A stretch of 64,000 nt of DNA from Prorocentrum cordatum (lineage: Eukaryota): assembly GCA_963575745.1 (NCBI GenBank), contig CAUYUJ010000114.1, positions 1,240,001 through 1,304,000 of the forward strand, in the 5' to 3' direction. Below the pieces are notes generated by a model. That model searched no databases, was not told the origin of the DNA, and saw nothing but the letters and a program-made list of their open reading frames with translations. Position numbers and translations under genes: made by a program. Positions 1-12,780 of the stretch are shown here, in pieces (position 1 is the stretch's first letter; each line of letters opens with the position of its first letter).

Positions 1-175
1 GGGTTCGAACCGGTAGTGACCCCCCCCCCTTTTCATGATGAGCTGGGGGGGGGGGGGGGGGAGGGGTTCGAACCGGTAGTGACCCCCCCCGGTTTTCCGG
101 AGGGGGGGGGGAGGGGTTCGAACCGGTAGTGACCCCCCCCGGTTTTCCGCCAGCAGCGGTAGAACACGCTCTTTC
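1..175 (-). mobile_element. End of a TIR DNA element (same family as 30186-31333), truncated by the window edge
   Basis: Near-exact reverse complement of 30186-30370. Carries three GGTTCGAACCGGTAGTGACCCCC subterminal repeats and ends ...GCAGCGGTAGAACACGCTCTTTC at 175, followed by (CAT)n. Confidence 0.8.
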
Positions 176-389
176 CATCATCATGATCCTCATCATCATC
201 CTCATCAGCATCATCATCGCCAGGGAGCGTGCACTCTGGCTGTTGGCCCTCGTTTTCAAATTCTACCACAAGCTTCGAGCGCGAAAACCTGGAACGCCCA
301 TTTCGCATCCCGAACACATCGAAGTGCTTTCAGCAGCCGTACACTCTCTCGAGGTATTAGACAACACCGTGGCGCCCCAAGCTACATAA

Positions 390-414
390 TCTCATCATCA
401 TCATGATCATCATG

Positions 415-479
<65 letters not shown>

Positions 480-825
480 GTTCATCATCATCGCCATCAT
501 CATCAACCTTTTCATCATCAGCATCATCATTATCAGTATTGTCATCACCACAATCATGGTCACCATCCTCATCATCACCATCATCACTGTCACCGTCATC
601 GTCATCATGATCCTCCCTCTCCAGATCTTCCTCCTCGTGTTCCTCCTCCGTTCTTCTCCCTTCTTCCCTCCTCTCCTCCTTCACCTCATCATGAGCATCA
701 TCAGAAACAACAGCAACAACATGATCATCATTCCTTCTCACTCCCTCCTCCCCCTCCGCCTCCACCTCCCTCTCCTCCTCATCTTCCTCCCCCCTCCTCC
801 CCCCTCCTCCTGCTCCTCCCCCTCC
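390..825. repeat. (CAT)n and (TCC)n microsatellites
   Basis: Directly visible; explains the poly-I/M/D ORFs. Confidence 0.95.
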
Positions 826-2559
826 CTGGGAAGCTTCTGAGGGAGGGCCTTCTAGGAAGGCAGGGCTTCATGGCAGTGATTGCGCAAGGCTCGAGGAAGA
901 AGAAGCAGCATGAGCATGTGCGTTCTGAGGTCCGCGAAGACCTCCGACAGTTCATGTGCCTGCCGTCTCCTTTATGATCCACAGGACGGATCGTAGCCCT
1001 CATCACGTCGCCCACGAAGGCGCGAAGGTTACCGCGCGTAGCGGTCTGGACCAGATCACATGCCCTTTTTCCAAAGGGACCTCGCGAGGGTGCGGTGACG
1101 CGGAGACAGTCGCGCATCGCAGGGCGCGGTGCACGAAGGTGCGCTTCGGAGTAGGGCTTTTCGAAGGGCATCGCAGCATCGCAGGACGCGGTGCACGGAG
1201 GGCCCTCTGGAGTTTCGACCAGGCTTCTGGTAGGGCTTTTCGAAAGAGGCCGAGCCTGGGACGCTCAAACCGTTCAAGAGGATGAAGGGGAGGAGCAGCA
1301 GGAGCGAGGGAGGATGAGCAAGAGGAGGAGGAGGAAGAGATCATCGAATGGTTTCCGGCCCATCCCTCCACCGTGCCCAGGCCGTGGACATTAAGGAGGA
1401 GAGGATGGTGGGAAGAGGAGGAGGAGGAGGAGGAGGAGGAGGAGGAGGAGGGGGAGATTCGAATAGGCGGGCAGCAGAGTCCTTCTCTCCCGCGGCCCGT
1501 GTCTGGCCGGACTGCTCACGGCCCGAGTCGGTCGGATCCGGTCCCACCTCCGCAGGCGATCTCGAGCCCACCCGACCTGGCACGAGCGCGATCCCTCGCC
1601 GGCCTGCAGGGGCGGAGCCCGGCAGGCGGCCCCCGAAGAGGTCGACCCGATTCTCTGCGACGAGCCGGGCGCGCGGCCCGAGCCGTTCTTGCGATGCGGT
1701 GCGGCCCCGCGGCCCGATCCAACGTCGGAGGGTGGTCCCCAGACGTGGTGGTGAGAACACCCGGTGGTGAGTTTTGGGCGATGTGAGTAATGTTTTTCGA
1801 GCGCTGGCTGGCCCAGGAAGCGCAAAACCTCGTGGCGACCGCGTGTCCCCAAACCCGGTGGTGACCCAGATTTTTTTTTGAATCGGGGTCACCACCGGGT
1901 GTCCCTCCACAGACCACCAAGTCGGGCCCGTCTCCCGAGCAGTTTCTTCTTTGGGCGGAGGGCAGAGGGTGAAATCTGAAATGCCGTTTCGATGTGTTCG
2001 AGGTTCGAATCTGCAAAAAACGTGGATCACAATTAAAACGCGTTCACAACATACAACAAAAGTAATACGGAACCATTACGAAAACAATCTTTCATTTACG
2101 TCCCTCTAGAATTAAAACATAACACCTATCATCATCAACGTCATCCTGCTCGTCCTCAAGGGACTGATTTTCGAGGTGCCAAAAAGCCCATATGGATTTC
2201 ACCCGGAGCCCTCCACCCTGAGAGAATGCTCAGGTCTTGGGGCGCTCCTGGGGGGCGCGCCTCTGGCCAGGGCCACCCTTGCCTCCGCGCCTGCCCGCCG
2301 CTCTCTCCGGGCGACGAGGGCCACGCACGATTCGTCACGCTTCGCGCATGCCCACCAGCCCGTTCAGAAACGATGCCCATGAGAGCTGACGGGAGAAGGG
2401 ACGAAGAGACACAGATAGCGAAACAAAGCGGGCAACCAGGATAAGCAGAGAGATCCCTGGGAGCAAGGGGGTGGCTGTGGAGGGCCTCTTCGGGCCATAC
2501 CTGGGGCCCGCCGGGGGGCGAGGGGAGGAGGGGGAGGAGGCAAACCGCCTCCTGGGTCA

Positions 2560-3100
2560 TGGACGCTCTTCGGGCGCTCTTTGGCGCCTTGGGGGCCGTC
2601 TTAGGGGCCCTCTGAGAGCTCTCTTGGGGCTCTCTTGGGGCGCTCCTGGGAGCCCTGTAATTAAGTCCTCTTGGGGTCATCTTGCAGGGCGTCGATCAAA
2701 AGAGGTGGGCGGTCCTCGACTTCCCTGCCCCGCCTCCCTCTGGGGCTGTCAAAATCGCCTGTTGGGCATTAGGGCCGTCTGGGGGGCTTCTTGGGGCGCT
2801 CTTGGGCCTCTCTTGGGCCATCTTGGATCTTCGGGCCATCTTAAAGCCTCAGAAGCGCATCGGAAGCGAAAATGCGAGAAGTCAAACATCATTTATGTCT
2901 TGTATCTTTGAAGAATGCTGGCCTACTGGGGAGATTATGAGGGGGCTCCGAGGGCACTTGGAACTGTCTTGTGGCCCTCGTCGGGACTCTTGGATGTATG
3001 TCGAAAGCTATATTGAACCAGTTTCAGCTATTTTGGGCCGCCCTGGACGCCATCTTGGAGCATCGGAGGCCCTGGTGGAGCCATATCGGGCGAAAAAGGA
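2560..3100 (-). repeat. CCAAGA-family dispersed repeat (reverse orientation)
   Basis: Recurrent TCTTGG motifs with an AT-richer core; same family as 7030-12240. Confidence 0.75.
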
Positions 3101-3489
3101 CCCTCTGACACATCGGGAAGCCTCCAAACCTCCCCTCCCTGCAGGGAAGAGGGCTTTGGAGGGGGAAAGAAACGTACTGGTAGACTACCTTGGCCCAAAG
3201 GGCTAGTGTGATTATCCACTGCACCTGGCCAGGCCCATCCTGGGCCCAGGAGCGGTGTCCTCGTCGCCCTGCAGTCGAGACGCCGAAACGAGGACCACTC
3301 TGGGTTCGGGCGGGGCTCTGGCTTGGTCGGGGGCCCGCCTGTCTGCCCCCCCCCTCTTTGTTCATTCGAGCTTCGCGCGGCCCGCTGAGCTTCGACCGGG
3401 AGAGGTACGCTCTCGACCCGCGATTTTTTATGTTTTTTTAAGTTGCCGAGGCTCGCCGTGGCCCGAGAAGCGCCCCTGTGTTCCTCGTC

Positions 3490-3840
3490 GTGCGCTCCCC
3501 ATTGGCAGCACGACGGCCCCGCGCGTCCCTCGAGGCACGAAGCGCACCATCAGTTCACGCAGACTTTGCGAGTTTTCGCGCGGATTTCTCGGATCCGCGC
3601 TGGAGCCCCCGTGGCGGCGCCTCTGGCGCTCCCCATGGCAGCACGACGGCTGCGTGCGTCCCTCGAGGCAAGAAGCGCACCATCAATTCACGTAGACTCT
3701 GGGAGCTCCGCGCGGATTTCTCGGATCGGCGCTGGAGCCCCCGTGGCGGCGCCTCTTGGCGCCGCTCTCGGCGCGCTCCGCGCGCCGGGAAGGGGGCTCT
3801 GTAGCGCCGACCCGAGAAGTCCGCGTGGGCCTCCGAGAGT
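3490..3840. repeat. ~134-bp tandem duplication overlapping a ~38-bp inverted-repeat element; relatives near 18770 and 41520-41650
   Basis: CGCTCCCCAT..GGCAGCACGACGG..GAAGCGCACCATCA occurs twice. ACTCTGGGAGCTCCGCGCGGATTTCTCGGATCGGCGCT (from 3696) is inverted to about 3803-3840. Confidence 0.65.
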
Positions 3841-4339
3841 TGGCGTGTGTGCCCTTGTGTGTGTCCCTCGACATCCGGCCCCGTGCACGAAATTGACGTG
3901 CGGCTCCTGGCGAGGAATCTCTCGCCGGCGCGGCGCGGCCCGTCGGTCGGGCGCACGCGCGCGTGTGCGCGGCGCGGCTCCCCCATCGGCCCTCCATGAG
4001 GGCACGCAGGCGCCAGAGGCGCGCCCCACCATGAGGGCGCGCAGCGGCCCGCGCTGTCCCGGGCCGCGGAGGCTCATGCGCGCGGCGCGCTCCTGAAAAG
4101 GGCCTCGCCTTCGGTGCATCCTGCCGTGCTTTGCCTCACCTCGTCCTCTTCCTCTCCCTCCTCCTCCTCCTCCGCCTCCTCCTCCGCCTCCTCCTCCGCC
4201 TCATCCCACGTGCGTTCCTCCTGCTCGTCCTCCCTCCTCCCTCCTCATCATCATCCCGCCGGCGCTCCTCCTTTTCCCCCAGCCCTTTTCCTTATTACTA
4301 TCTTCTCCCTGTCACACTCCGAGACGTGTCGGTAGAGCG

Positions 4340-5130
4340 GGAGGGGCGTTTCGCTTGAGGTTGTCGCCTCAGCGCCGCGCATATTCGTCTTTAGTTTGCA
4401 ATAACTTCACGGTGGAGGGCGGGTGGTTTCCGCCTTTGCGCCGCGAGTGCCACAGGTGGTTGGTGGGTGTTTTTTTGAATGTGGATCTCGCTTTAGCGCC
4501 ACGCACATGTGTTTTAAAAGGTGCGAGGGCTTCAAGGATGGAGGGCGGCTGGTTTTCAGATTGTTGTTCTCGTCATAGCGCCGCGCATATTCATTTCTAA
4601 AGTTCGCAAGAGCTCCGCGGATGGAGGATGGGTGGTTTTCAAATTGTAGTTGTCGATGTAACGCCGGGCACATTTGTTTTTTTAAAGTTTGCAAAGAATT
4701 CACAGAGGGAGGGCGGCTCTTTTTCAAAATGTTGTTCTCGTCATTGCGCCGCGTACTCTGTTTAAGTTCGCACGAATTTCATTGGTGGAGGGCGAATCGT
4801 TTTCAAATGGCCGCGCGTGCTTTTCTTAAAAGTTTGCAAGAGTCTTTCGGATGGAGTGCGGGTGGCTTTCAAAATGTGGGTCTTGCCACAGCACAGCGCC
4901 GCGCGCATTCATTTTAACTGCGAGTGGCAGTTTAAAGGAATTGTCTGGCTGACGTCCCAGGGACGGCATTCTGGCACGATGTCGGATTGTCAGGGCGCAA
5001 CAGTCGCGTTGATTCTCAGCGTTGAAGTCCCAGCAATGGCGTTCTGTCACGATTCAGGGACGTCAGGATGCAACAGTAACGTTGATTCGCGGCGCTGAAG
5101 TCCCAGGAAATGCGTTCTGGAGCGATTGAA
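4340..5130 (+). repeat. Diverged ~80-bp tandem array element; inverted homologue at 21490-21880
   Basis: GCGCCGCGC..TTT..AAAGTTTGCAA..GGAGGGCGG..GGTTTTCAAA units recur about 8 times; reverse-complement units at 21690-21870. Confidence 0.75.
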
Positions 5131-5548
5131 GATTCTCACGCGGTCGACTTCCAAGAGGGCATTCCCCGCAATGCAGACATATTCTTGTAGAGACCGAGGA
5201 AGAGGGAATTTGGAGGGAACGTTTACGGTAACATCGTTAATGCGTCTTGGGCTTCCATTGGTCTTGTTTCTCTCCATCTTCCTTCTCCTCCTCCTCCTCC
5301 TCCTCCTACTCCTCCTCCTCCTCCTCCTCCTCCTCCTCCTCCTCCTCTTCGGCCCGACGGCGCACGCGGGCGATCCAGACGCGGGAGGCGTTGCGAGGCG
5401 GCGCTCCCCGTCGCTTGCCTGGCACCGCCGCTTTCGCAGGCGCCGCGCCAGCGCGCGGCAGACGCTGCGCGGGGTGCAAGGCGGTTCCTGACGGCTCACT
5501 TAGGCAGCATTCCCGCAGGCTCCTGGCGGCTCACCACGGGCATGCCAG

Positions 5549-6400
5549 ATGGTGAAGCTTGGCCTTGCACGGCCACAAGGCAATCCGAATTCTGTAATCA
5601 TTACCTTTCGCGGAACACGTGACGGCCGAAACCGTGACGGCAAGCCCACGGCAGTTCCCAAAAGGCCACCCAGCGCCAGGCGTTCGGCGTCCAACGGTCG
5701 CGATCCACCCTGGCACGATCGTGGTCCTCCTCTTGCACTTGATGGTCAGTTTGGTGCTGACGCTTCCCAGAAGAGCAGCAACGCTGCCAAGTCCAAGCGT
5801 GCATGGTTGGCCCTACGGCTCATCTACGAGGACGGCCACGACATGGTCATCGCCATTGAAGCCAAGTTGGACAAGGCCGAGTCCGCCCTCCGTGCCCAGA
5901 TGGACCCCTCGGGCCTGTCGCGGAGCGTCAAAGACAGATGGGCCGCGAAGGATGCGGAACGTTTCGGGAAGGTTGTTGTCATCGCCAAGCTTGAGACCGA
6001 CCTCGCCGAGGCCAGGAAGCAGATCGCCAAGCTTGAAGCTGACACCTCAGCCCTTTAGGCAGAAGTTGCCCAGGCCCCGGCTGCGGTTGCAGCAGAAGCG
6101 GCAGGACCACATGATCCGGGGAGGGCGAATGTCTCGGCAGCAGACAACCAGTATTTCAAGTTGGACGAGCGGGGTCCGCGTCCTTGGATGGCAATCAACT
6201 TTTCACCACCATCGAGCAGCAGGTCGCGAACCACCCCCAGCCGGCAGGCCTGAACCCCATGCAGACCGAAAGTCCAGCCGCCTGGGAATACGCAGGGGGC
6301 GCCTCCGAGACGAAGGGCACAGAGAGGTTCTCACCGCAAAGATGTTGGAACTGCTACCTTCAGCGGACCTTGTTGGGACATTTGCAGGACGTTTTTTCCC
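5549..6400 (+). pseudogene. Decayed coiled-coil ORF, possibly ORF1 of a non-LTR retroelement
   Basis: Coding-like frame with heptad pattern (IEAKLDKAESALRAQ; KLETDLAEARKQIAKLEAD) continues past a TAG at 6056-6058 (AEVAQAPAAVAAEAAG). Assignment to ORF1 is inference. Confidence 0.35.
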
Positions 6401-6494
6401 CCATATCCTAAGATGGGGTTCTTGTTATTACGTGGACGCCTCCTACTCCTCCTTTTCCTTCCTCTTCTCGTCCCCTCCTCTTCTCGTCTCCTCC

Positions 6495-6790
6495 TACTCG
6501 GACTCACTCATACTCAGACTTACTCATGCCCAGACTCACTCACACACAGACTTACTCATACTGAGACCTACTCATACCCATACTTATTCATACCCAGACG
6601 TACACATATACAGACTTACTCATACACAGACTTACTCATGTTTAGATTCATACCTAGACGTACACATACACAGACTTACTCATACACAGATTTACTCATA
6701 CTCAGACTTATTCATACCCATACGTACTCATTCACAGACTTACTCATACTCAGACCTACTGATACTCAGACCTTCTCATAGTCTGACTTT
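6495..6790. repeat. CAGACTTACTCATAC minisatellite
   Basis: Motif repeated more than 10 times. Confidence 0.9.
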
Positions 6791-7029
6791 CTCAACACAC
6801 ATCAGATTTGGAGGATGTCTCAGGCGGGGCGCTGGTTTCAGCACCCCTTTGGGGAGCCACCAGGGGTGTTTGCACGGGCCCGTTCGTGGCCATTGTGTGG
6901 GGATGTCTCAGGCGGTTTGCCTGTTTCGGTGCTCAGCACCCTTCGCTTGGAGAGCAGATTGTGAGGACGTCTCAGGCGGGGCGCTGGTTTCAGCACCCCT
7001 AAGGGGAGCCGCCAGGGGTCTTTGCACGC

Positions 7030-10000
7030 CCAGGAGGCCCCCAAGAGGCGTCCCAAGAGGCCACCAGAAGGCCAAAATCATTGATTTCCTATGGGGAAAA
7101 AGGTACATGTTTAGCATACATTGCTTTTCGGCTTTCACGGCGTTGAAGACGGTCCAAGAGGCCCCCAAGACCGCTTCAAGACGGCCCAAGAGGCTCCCAA
7201 GAGGCCCCCAAAACGGTCCAAGAAGGCCCCAAGATGGCCCAAGAGGCGCCCAAGACGGCCCAAGAGGGCCCCAAGACGGCCCCAAGAGGGGGACCACGAA
7301 CCGAAAAGTCCAGCTTTTCGCCCCAAGACTTCCCCCAGGAGGCCCCGAGAGCCCCCCAAGAAGCCCCAAGAGGCCCCCAAGAGGCCCCCTACGGGGCTCG
7401 AAAAGGGCCCCAATGGGACTCCAAAGAAGGCCCGGAGAAGCCAAAAAAAGAGCGATCGGTAACGCGAAAAGCTCTTCACACCAAGGCTCCGTAAACAAGC
7501 TGATCAGACCAAGGCTTCCAGCAGGGAGCGGTGACGCAACAAGTTCCTGACACCAAGGCCCAGTCAAGGTTCAGGAACGGGCGGCAACGCAACAATCTCT
7601 GAATGGCCAAGGCTCCCAAAAGCGCGGGGTGACGTAACAAGCTTTCAACGCCAAGGCTCCCAGTACGAACGGTGTTGTGAGTACTTTTGGTTTCTGTTTC
7701 TTGAGCGCTCTTTCCGTTTCTGTGCCGGGCCAGGTAACGGAAAGAGCGAGCGAGGTACGAGTGATGACGTTCTGGTGTGGGCGAAGCCCTAAAGGGAGGG
7801 GTTCCAGGGAAGGGGGGTAGGGCGGGGGAATGAGTGTTAATGGCCGTTTTCGGGTTTTTCCTTCGGGTTTTTGTATGTTTTTCGGGTTCTCCCTTTTTCC
7901 GTCCCAGAAGAGCCCAAGACCGCCCAAGACAGCCCCGAGACGTCCCAAGAGGCCTCCCAGACGCCCCAAGAGGCGTCCCAAGAGGGCCCCAAGAGGCCAA
8001 AATCATTGATTTTCCCTAGGAAAACGTGCATTTTTAGCATTAGGCTTTTCGGCTTTCACGGCGTTGATGACGGCCCAAGAGGCCCCCAAGACCGCCCCAA
8101 GACGGCCCAAGAGGCTCCCAAGAGGCCCCCCGAACGGCCCAAGAGGGCCCCAAGACGGCCCAAGAGGCGCCCAAGACGGCCCAAGAGGGCTCCAAGACGG
8201 CCCCAAGAGAGGGACCACGAACCGAAAAGTTTAGCCTTTCGCCCCAAGAATTCCCCCAGGAGGCCCCAAGAACCCCCCAAGACGCCCCAAGAGGCCCCCA
8301 ACAGGCGTCCCAAGAGGCCACCAGAAGGCCAAAATCATTGATTTCCTATGGGGAAAAAGGTACATGTTTAGCATACATTGCTTTTCGGCTTTCACGGCGT
8401 TGAAGACGGTCCAAGAGGCCCCCAAGACCGCCTCAAGACGGCCCAGCTCCCAAGAGGCCCCCAAAACGGCCCAAGAGGGCCCGAAGACGGCCCAAGAGGC
8501 GCCTAAGACGGCCCAAGAGGGCCCCTAGAGGGGGACCACGAACCGAAAAGTCTAGCCTTTCGCCCCAAGAAGCTCCCAGGAGGCCCCCAGAGCCCCCCAA
8601 GAAGCCCCAAGAGGCCCTCAAGAGGTTCCCAAGAGGCCTCCAAAAGAGTTCTAAAATGGCCCCAATAGGACTCCCAAGAACGCCCAGAGGCGCCAAATAA
8701 AGAGCGATCGGTCACGCAAAAAGCTCTTCACACCAAGGCTTCCAAGAGCGAACGGTGACGTAAACAAGCTGATAAGACCAAGGCTTCCAGCAGAGAGCGG
8801 TGACGTAACAAGTTCCTGACACCAAGGCCCAGCCAAGGCTCAGGAACGGGCGGCAACGCAACAATCTCTGAACACCAAGGCTCCCAAGAGCGAGGGGTGA
8901 CGTAACAAGCTCTCAACGCCAAGGCTCCCAGTGCGAACGGTGGTGTGAGTACTTTCGGTTTCTGTTTCTGGCGCGCTCTTTCCGTTTCTGTGCCGGGCCA
9001 GGTAACAGAAAGAGCGAGGTACGAGTGATGACGTTTTGGTGTGGGCGAAGCCCGAGGGGTTCTAGGGGAGGGGGGTAGGCCGGGGGAATAAATTCTAATG
9101 GCCGTTTTCGGGTTTTCCCTCCGGGTTTTTGCATGTTTTTCGGATTCCCCCCCAAGACGGCCCAAGAGCGCTCCAAGAGAGCCCACGACCGCCCAAGACG
9201 GCCCAAGAGGCCCACAAGAGGCGCCCAAGGGGCGTCCCAAGAGGGCAACATCTTCGATTGCCCATAGGAGCATAACGGTTTTTCGGCCTGCACGGCGTGG
9301 ACGACGGCCCAAGAGGCCCCCAAGACCGCCCCACGACGGCCCAAGAGGCTCCCAAGAGGCCTCCAACAGGCCAAGAGGGCCCCAAGACGGCCCAAGAGGC
9401 GCCCAAGACGGCTCAAGAGGGCCCCAAGACGGCCTTAAGAGGGGGACCACGAACCGAAAAGTCTAGCCTTTCGCCCCAAGATGCTCCCAGGAGGCCCCCA
9501 GAGCACCCCAAGAAGCCCCAAGAGGCGTCCCAAGAGGCCACCAAGAGGCCAAAAGCGTGGATTCCCGATGGGAAAAGGTACATGTTTAGCATGCACGGCT
9601 TTTCGGCTTTCACTGCGTTGAAAACGCTCCAAGAGGCCCCCAAGACGGCCCAAGAGGCTCCCAAGAGGCCCCCCGAACGGCCCAAGAGGGCCCCAAGACG
9701 GCCCAAGAGGCGCCCAAGACGGCCCAAGAGGGCCCCAAGACGGCCCCAAGAGGGGGACCACGAACCGAAAAGTTTAGCCTTTCGCCCCAAAATCGCCCCA
9801 AGGAGCTCCAAGGAGGCTCCCAGAGCCCCCCAAGAAGCCCCCAAGAGGCCCCCAAGAGGTTCCCAAGAGGCTTCCAAAAGGGCCCCCCACAAGGACCCAA
9901 TAGGACTCCCGAGAAGGCCCAGAGACGCCACATAAAGAGCGATCGGTCACGCAAAAAGCTCTTCACACCAAGGCTTCCAAGAGCGAACGGTGACGTAAAC

Positions 10001-12240
10001 AAGCTGATAAGACCAAGGCTCCCAGCAGAGAGCGGTGACGTAACAAGTTCCTGACACCAAGGCCCAGCCAAGGCTCAGGAACGGGCGGCAACGCAACAAT
10101 CTCTGAACACCAAGGCTCCCGAGAGCGAGGGGTGACGTAACAAGCTCTCAACGCCAAGGCTCCCAGTACGAACGGTGGTGTGAGTAATTTCTGTTTCTGT
10201 TTCTGGAGCGTTCTTTCCGTTTCTGTGCCGGGCCCAGGTAACGGAAAGAGCGAGGTACGAGTGATGACGTTTTGGTGTGGGCGAAGCCCTAGAGGGAGGG
10301 GTTCCAGGAGAGGGGCGAAGCGTGCGGACTTGCGTGTTAATGGCCGTTTTCGTGTTTTCCCTTCGGGTTTTTGAATGTTTTTCGGGTTCCCCCCCAAGAC
10401 GGCCCAAGAGCGCTCCAAGAGAGCCCAAGACCGCCCAAGACGGCTCAAGAGGCCCCCAAGAGGCGCCCAACGGGCGTCCCAACAGGGCCCCAAGAGGCCG
10501 AAATCTTAGATTTTCCATAGGAAAACGTATATTTTTAGCATATGCGCTTTGTCGGCTTTCACGGCGTTGACGACGGCCCAAGAGGCCCCCAAGACCGCCC
10601 CACGACGGCCCAAGAGGCTCCCAAGAGGCTTCCAAAACGGCCCAAGAGAGCCCCAAGACGGCCCAAGAGGCGCCCAAGACGGCCCAAGAGGGCCCAAGAC
10701 GGCCCCAAGAGGGGGACCACGAACCGAAAAGTTTAGCCTTTCGCCCCAAAAAGCTCCCAGGAGGCCCCCAGAGCCCCCCAAGAAGCCCCAAGAGGCCCCC
10801 AAGAGGTTCCCAAGAGGCTTCCAAAAGGGCCCGACAAGGGCCCCAATAGGACTCCCGAGAAGGCCCAGAGACGCCAAGTAAAGAGCGATCGGTAACACAA
10901 AAAGCTCTTCACACCAAGGCTCCCAAGAGCGAACGGTGACGTAAACAAGCTGATAAGACCAAGGCTCCCAGCAGAGAGCGGTGACGTAACAAGTTCCTGA
11001 CACCAAGGCCCAGCCAAGGCTCAGGAACGGGCGGCAACGCAACAATCTCTGAACACCAAGGCTCCCGAGAGCGAGGGGTGACGTAACAAACTCTCAACGC
11101 CAAGGCTCCCAGTACGAACACTGGTGTGAGTAATTTCTGTTTCTGTTTCTGAAGCGCTCTTTCCGTTTCTGTGCCAGGCCAGGTGACGGAAAGATCGAGG
11201 TACGAGCGAGTGACGTTGAGTTGGGGCGAAGCCCTTCTTAGGGGGGGTCCAGGGGGGGGGGGGCGAGGCCCAGACGTATGGTCTAATAGCCCGTTTCCTT
11301 CGTATTTTCTCGAGTGAAGCGGCTCCCGGGCGGCTCCCATGGCCCGTTTTTTGTATTTTTCCAGGTGAAGCGGCCCAAGGGCCCCAAGACGGCCCAAGAG
11401 GGCCCCAAGACGGCCCCAGGAGAGTTTCAGATGGCCGCTGGACGGTCCAAGAGGGTCTCGAGACGGCCCCAGAGGCCCTCCAGAGGGCCCCCGAGAGGGC
11501 CTCAGGAGGCGAAAAACCTTAATTTTCCTATGATTTTTGCAAGGTTTTCGGGCTCTCCCCTTTTCCGTCCCAGAAGGGACCCAGACGGCCCAAGAAGCCC
11601 CAAAGATCGTCCCAAGACAGCCCCAGAGGCGCCCCAAATTGCCCAAAACGGTCCAATAGAGCCCCCAGACGGGCCCAAGACGGCCCAGAGGCCCCAAATA
11701 TCGTCCCAAGACGGACCCGGAGGCGCCCCAAACGGGGCCAAAACGGTCCAAGAGGGCCCCCAGACGGGCCCAAGACGGCCTCAGAGGCCCCAAAGATTAT
11801 CCCAAGACGGCCCCAGAGGCGCCCCAAAGGGGCCCACAACGGCCCCAGATGGCCCCCAGTCGGCCCCAATACGGCCAAGAGGGCCCCGAGGGCTCTAAGA
11901 GAGCCCAAGAGGGCCCCAAGAAGGCTCGGAGAAGCCAAATAATGAGCGATCGGTACCGCAAAATGCTCTTCAAACCAAGGCTCCCAAGAGCGAACGGTGA
12001 CGTAAACAAGCTCATAAGACCAAGGCTCCCAGCAGAGAGCGGTGACGTAACAAGTTCCTGACACTAAGGCCCAGCCAAGGCTCAGGAACGGGCGGCAACA
12101 CAACAATCTCTGAACACCAAGGCTCCCAAGAGCGCGGGGTGACTTTCAAGCTCTCAACGCCAAGGCTCCCAGTACGAACGGTGGTGTGAGTAATTTCGGT
12201 CCAGTTGTTGAAGCGCTCTTTCCGTTTCCGTGCCGGCCCA
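7030..12240 (+). repeat. Higher-order tandem array: five ~0.95-1.25 kb units, each with phased CCAAGA arms and a conserved ~340-bp CCAAGGC core
   Basis: Core GAGCGATCGGT...GGTGACGTAACAAG...CCAAGGCTCC starts at 7450, 8702, 9937, 10883 and 11944. Confidence 0.92.
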
Positions 12241-12242
12241 GG

Positions 12243-12780
12243 TCTAATGGCTTTCGGCCCATCCCGCCATTGGGTCTTTTCGGAGGCTTCTCGGAAGCTT
12301 CTGGGAAGCGGCTTCGGGGTGTCTTGGGAGCCTCTCGGGGGCTTCTCGGGGGATTCTAGGGGCCGGCCTGATTTGGGCCTCCTGGAGTTTCTGAGGTGTT
12401 CTTTGAAGCCTGCTGGCGGTCTCGGGGGTCATCTCGGGGTGGAGGGCTCGAAATGTCCGTTCGTGTTCCCCCTCTGGGGCCCCTCTTGGGGCTGTTTTGA
12501 TGTCGTCGTGAAGCGCTGTTGAGGGCCTTTGAAGCCGTCTTGGGGCGATATTGGTGGCCTCCTGGGCCGTCTTGGAGCGTGAAAAGCCCGAAAAGGTGAG
12601 AACGCCAAAAATCCTTTGAGCCCTCTCAGGGCGTCTTGGGGGCCTCTTGATCCCCGTCTAGAAGCCATCGTGGGCATCTTGGAGCGCTCTTAGACCGACT
12701 CAGGGCCCTCTTGGACCGTCGTCTTAAAGGCCCCCCCCTTGGAGCCTCTTGGCTCGTCTTGAACCGATCTGGCCTTCCAA
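12243..12780 (-). repeat. CCAAGA-family element in reverse orientation, with its terminal hairpin abutting the array
   Basis: TCTTGG arms; 12243-12269 is the reverse complement of the terminus seen at 43641-43676. Confidence 0.7.

Noticed and set aside
1..140. tRNA gene or tRNA-SINE (GGTTCGAACC T-loop motif)
   Set aside because: No cloverleaf or A-box; the motif is a mirrored subterminal repeat of a TIR element.
223..350. Short MITE related to the 8-bp-TSD element
   Set aside because: Terminal similarity is weak and no TSD is visible.
5619..7550. 643-aa ORF
   Set aside because: It runs through unrelated repeats and a minisatellite; stop-free by composition only.
7450..12240. CRISPR-like array (CCAAGGC repeats with ~44-bp spacing)
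   Set aside because: The spacers are homologous to each other and the same in all five cores, the repeats are short and degenerate, there are no cas genes, and the context is eukaryotic.
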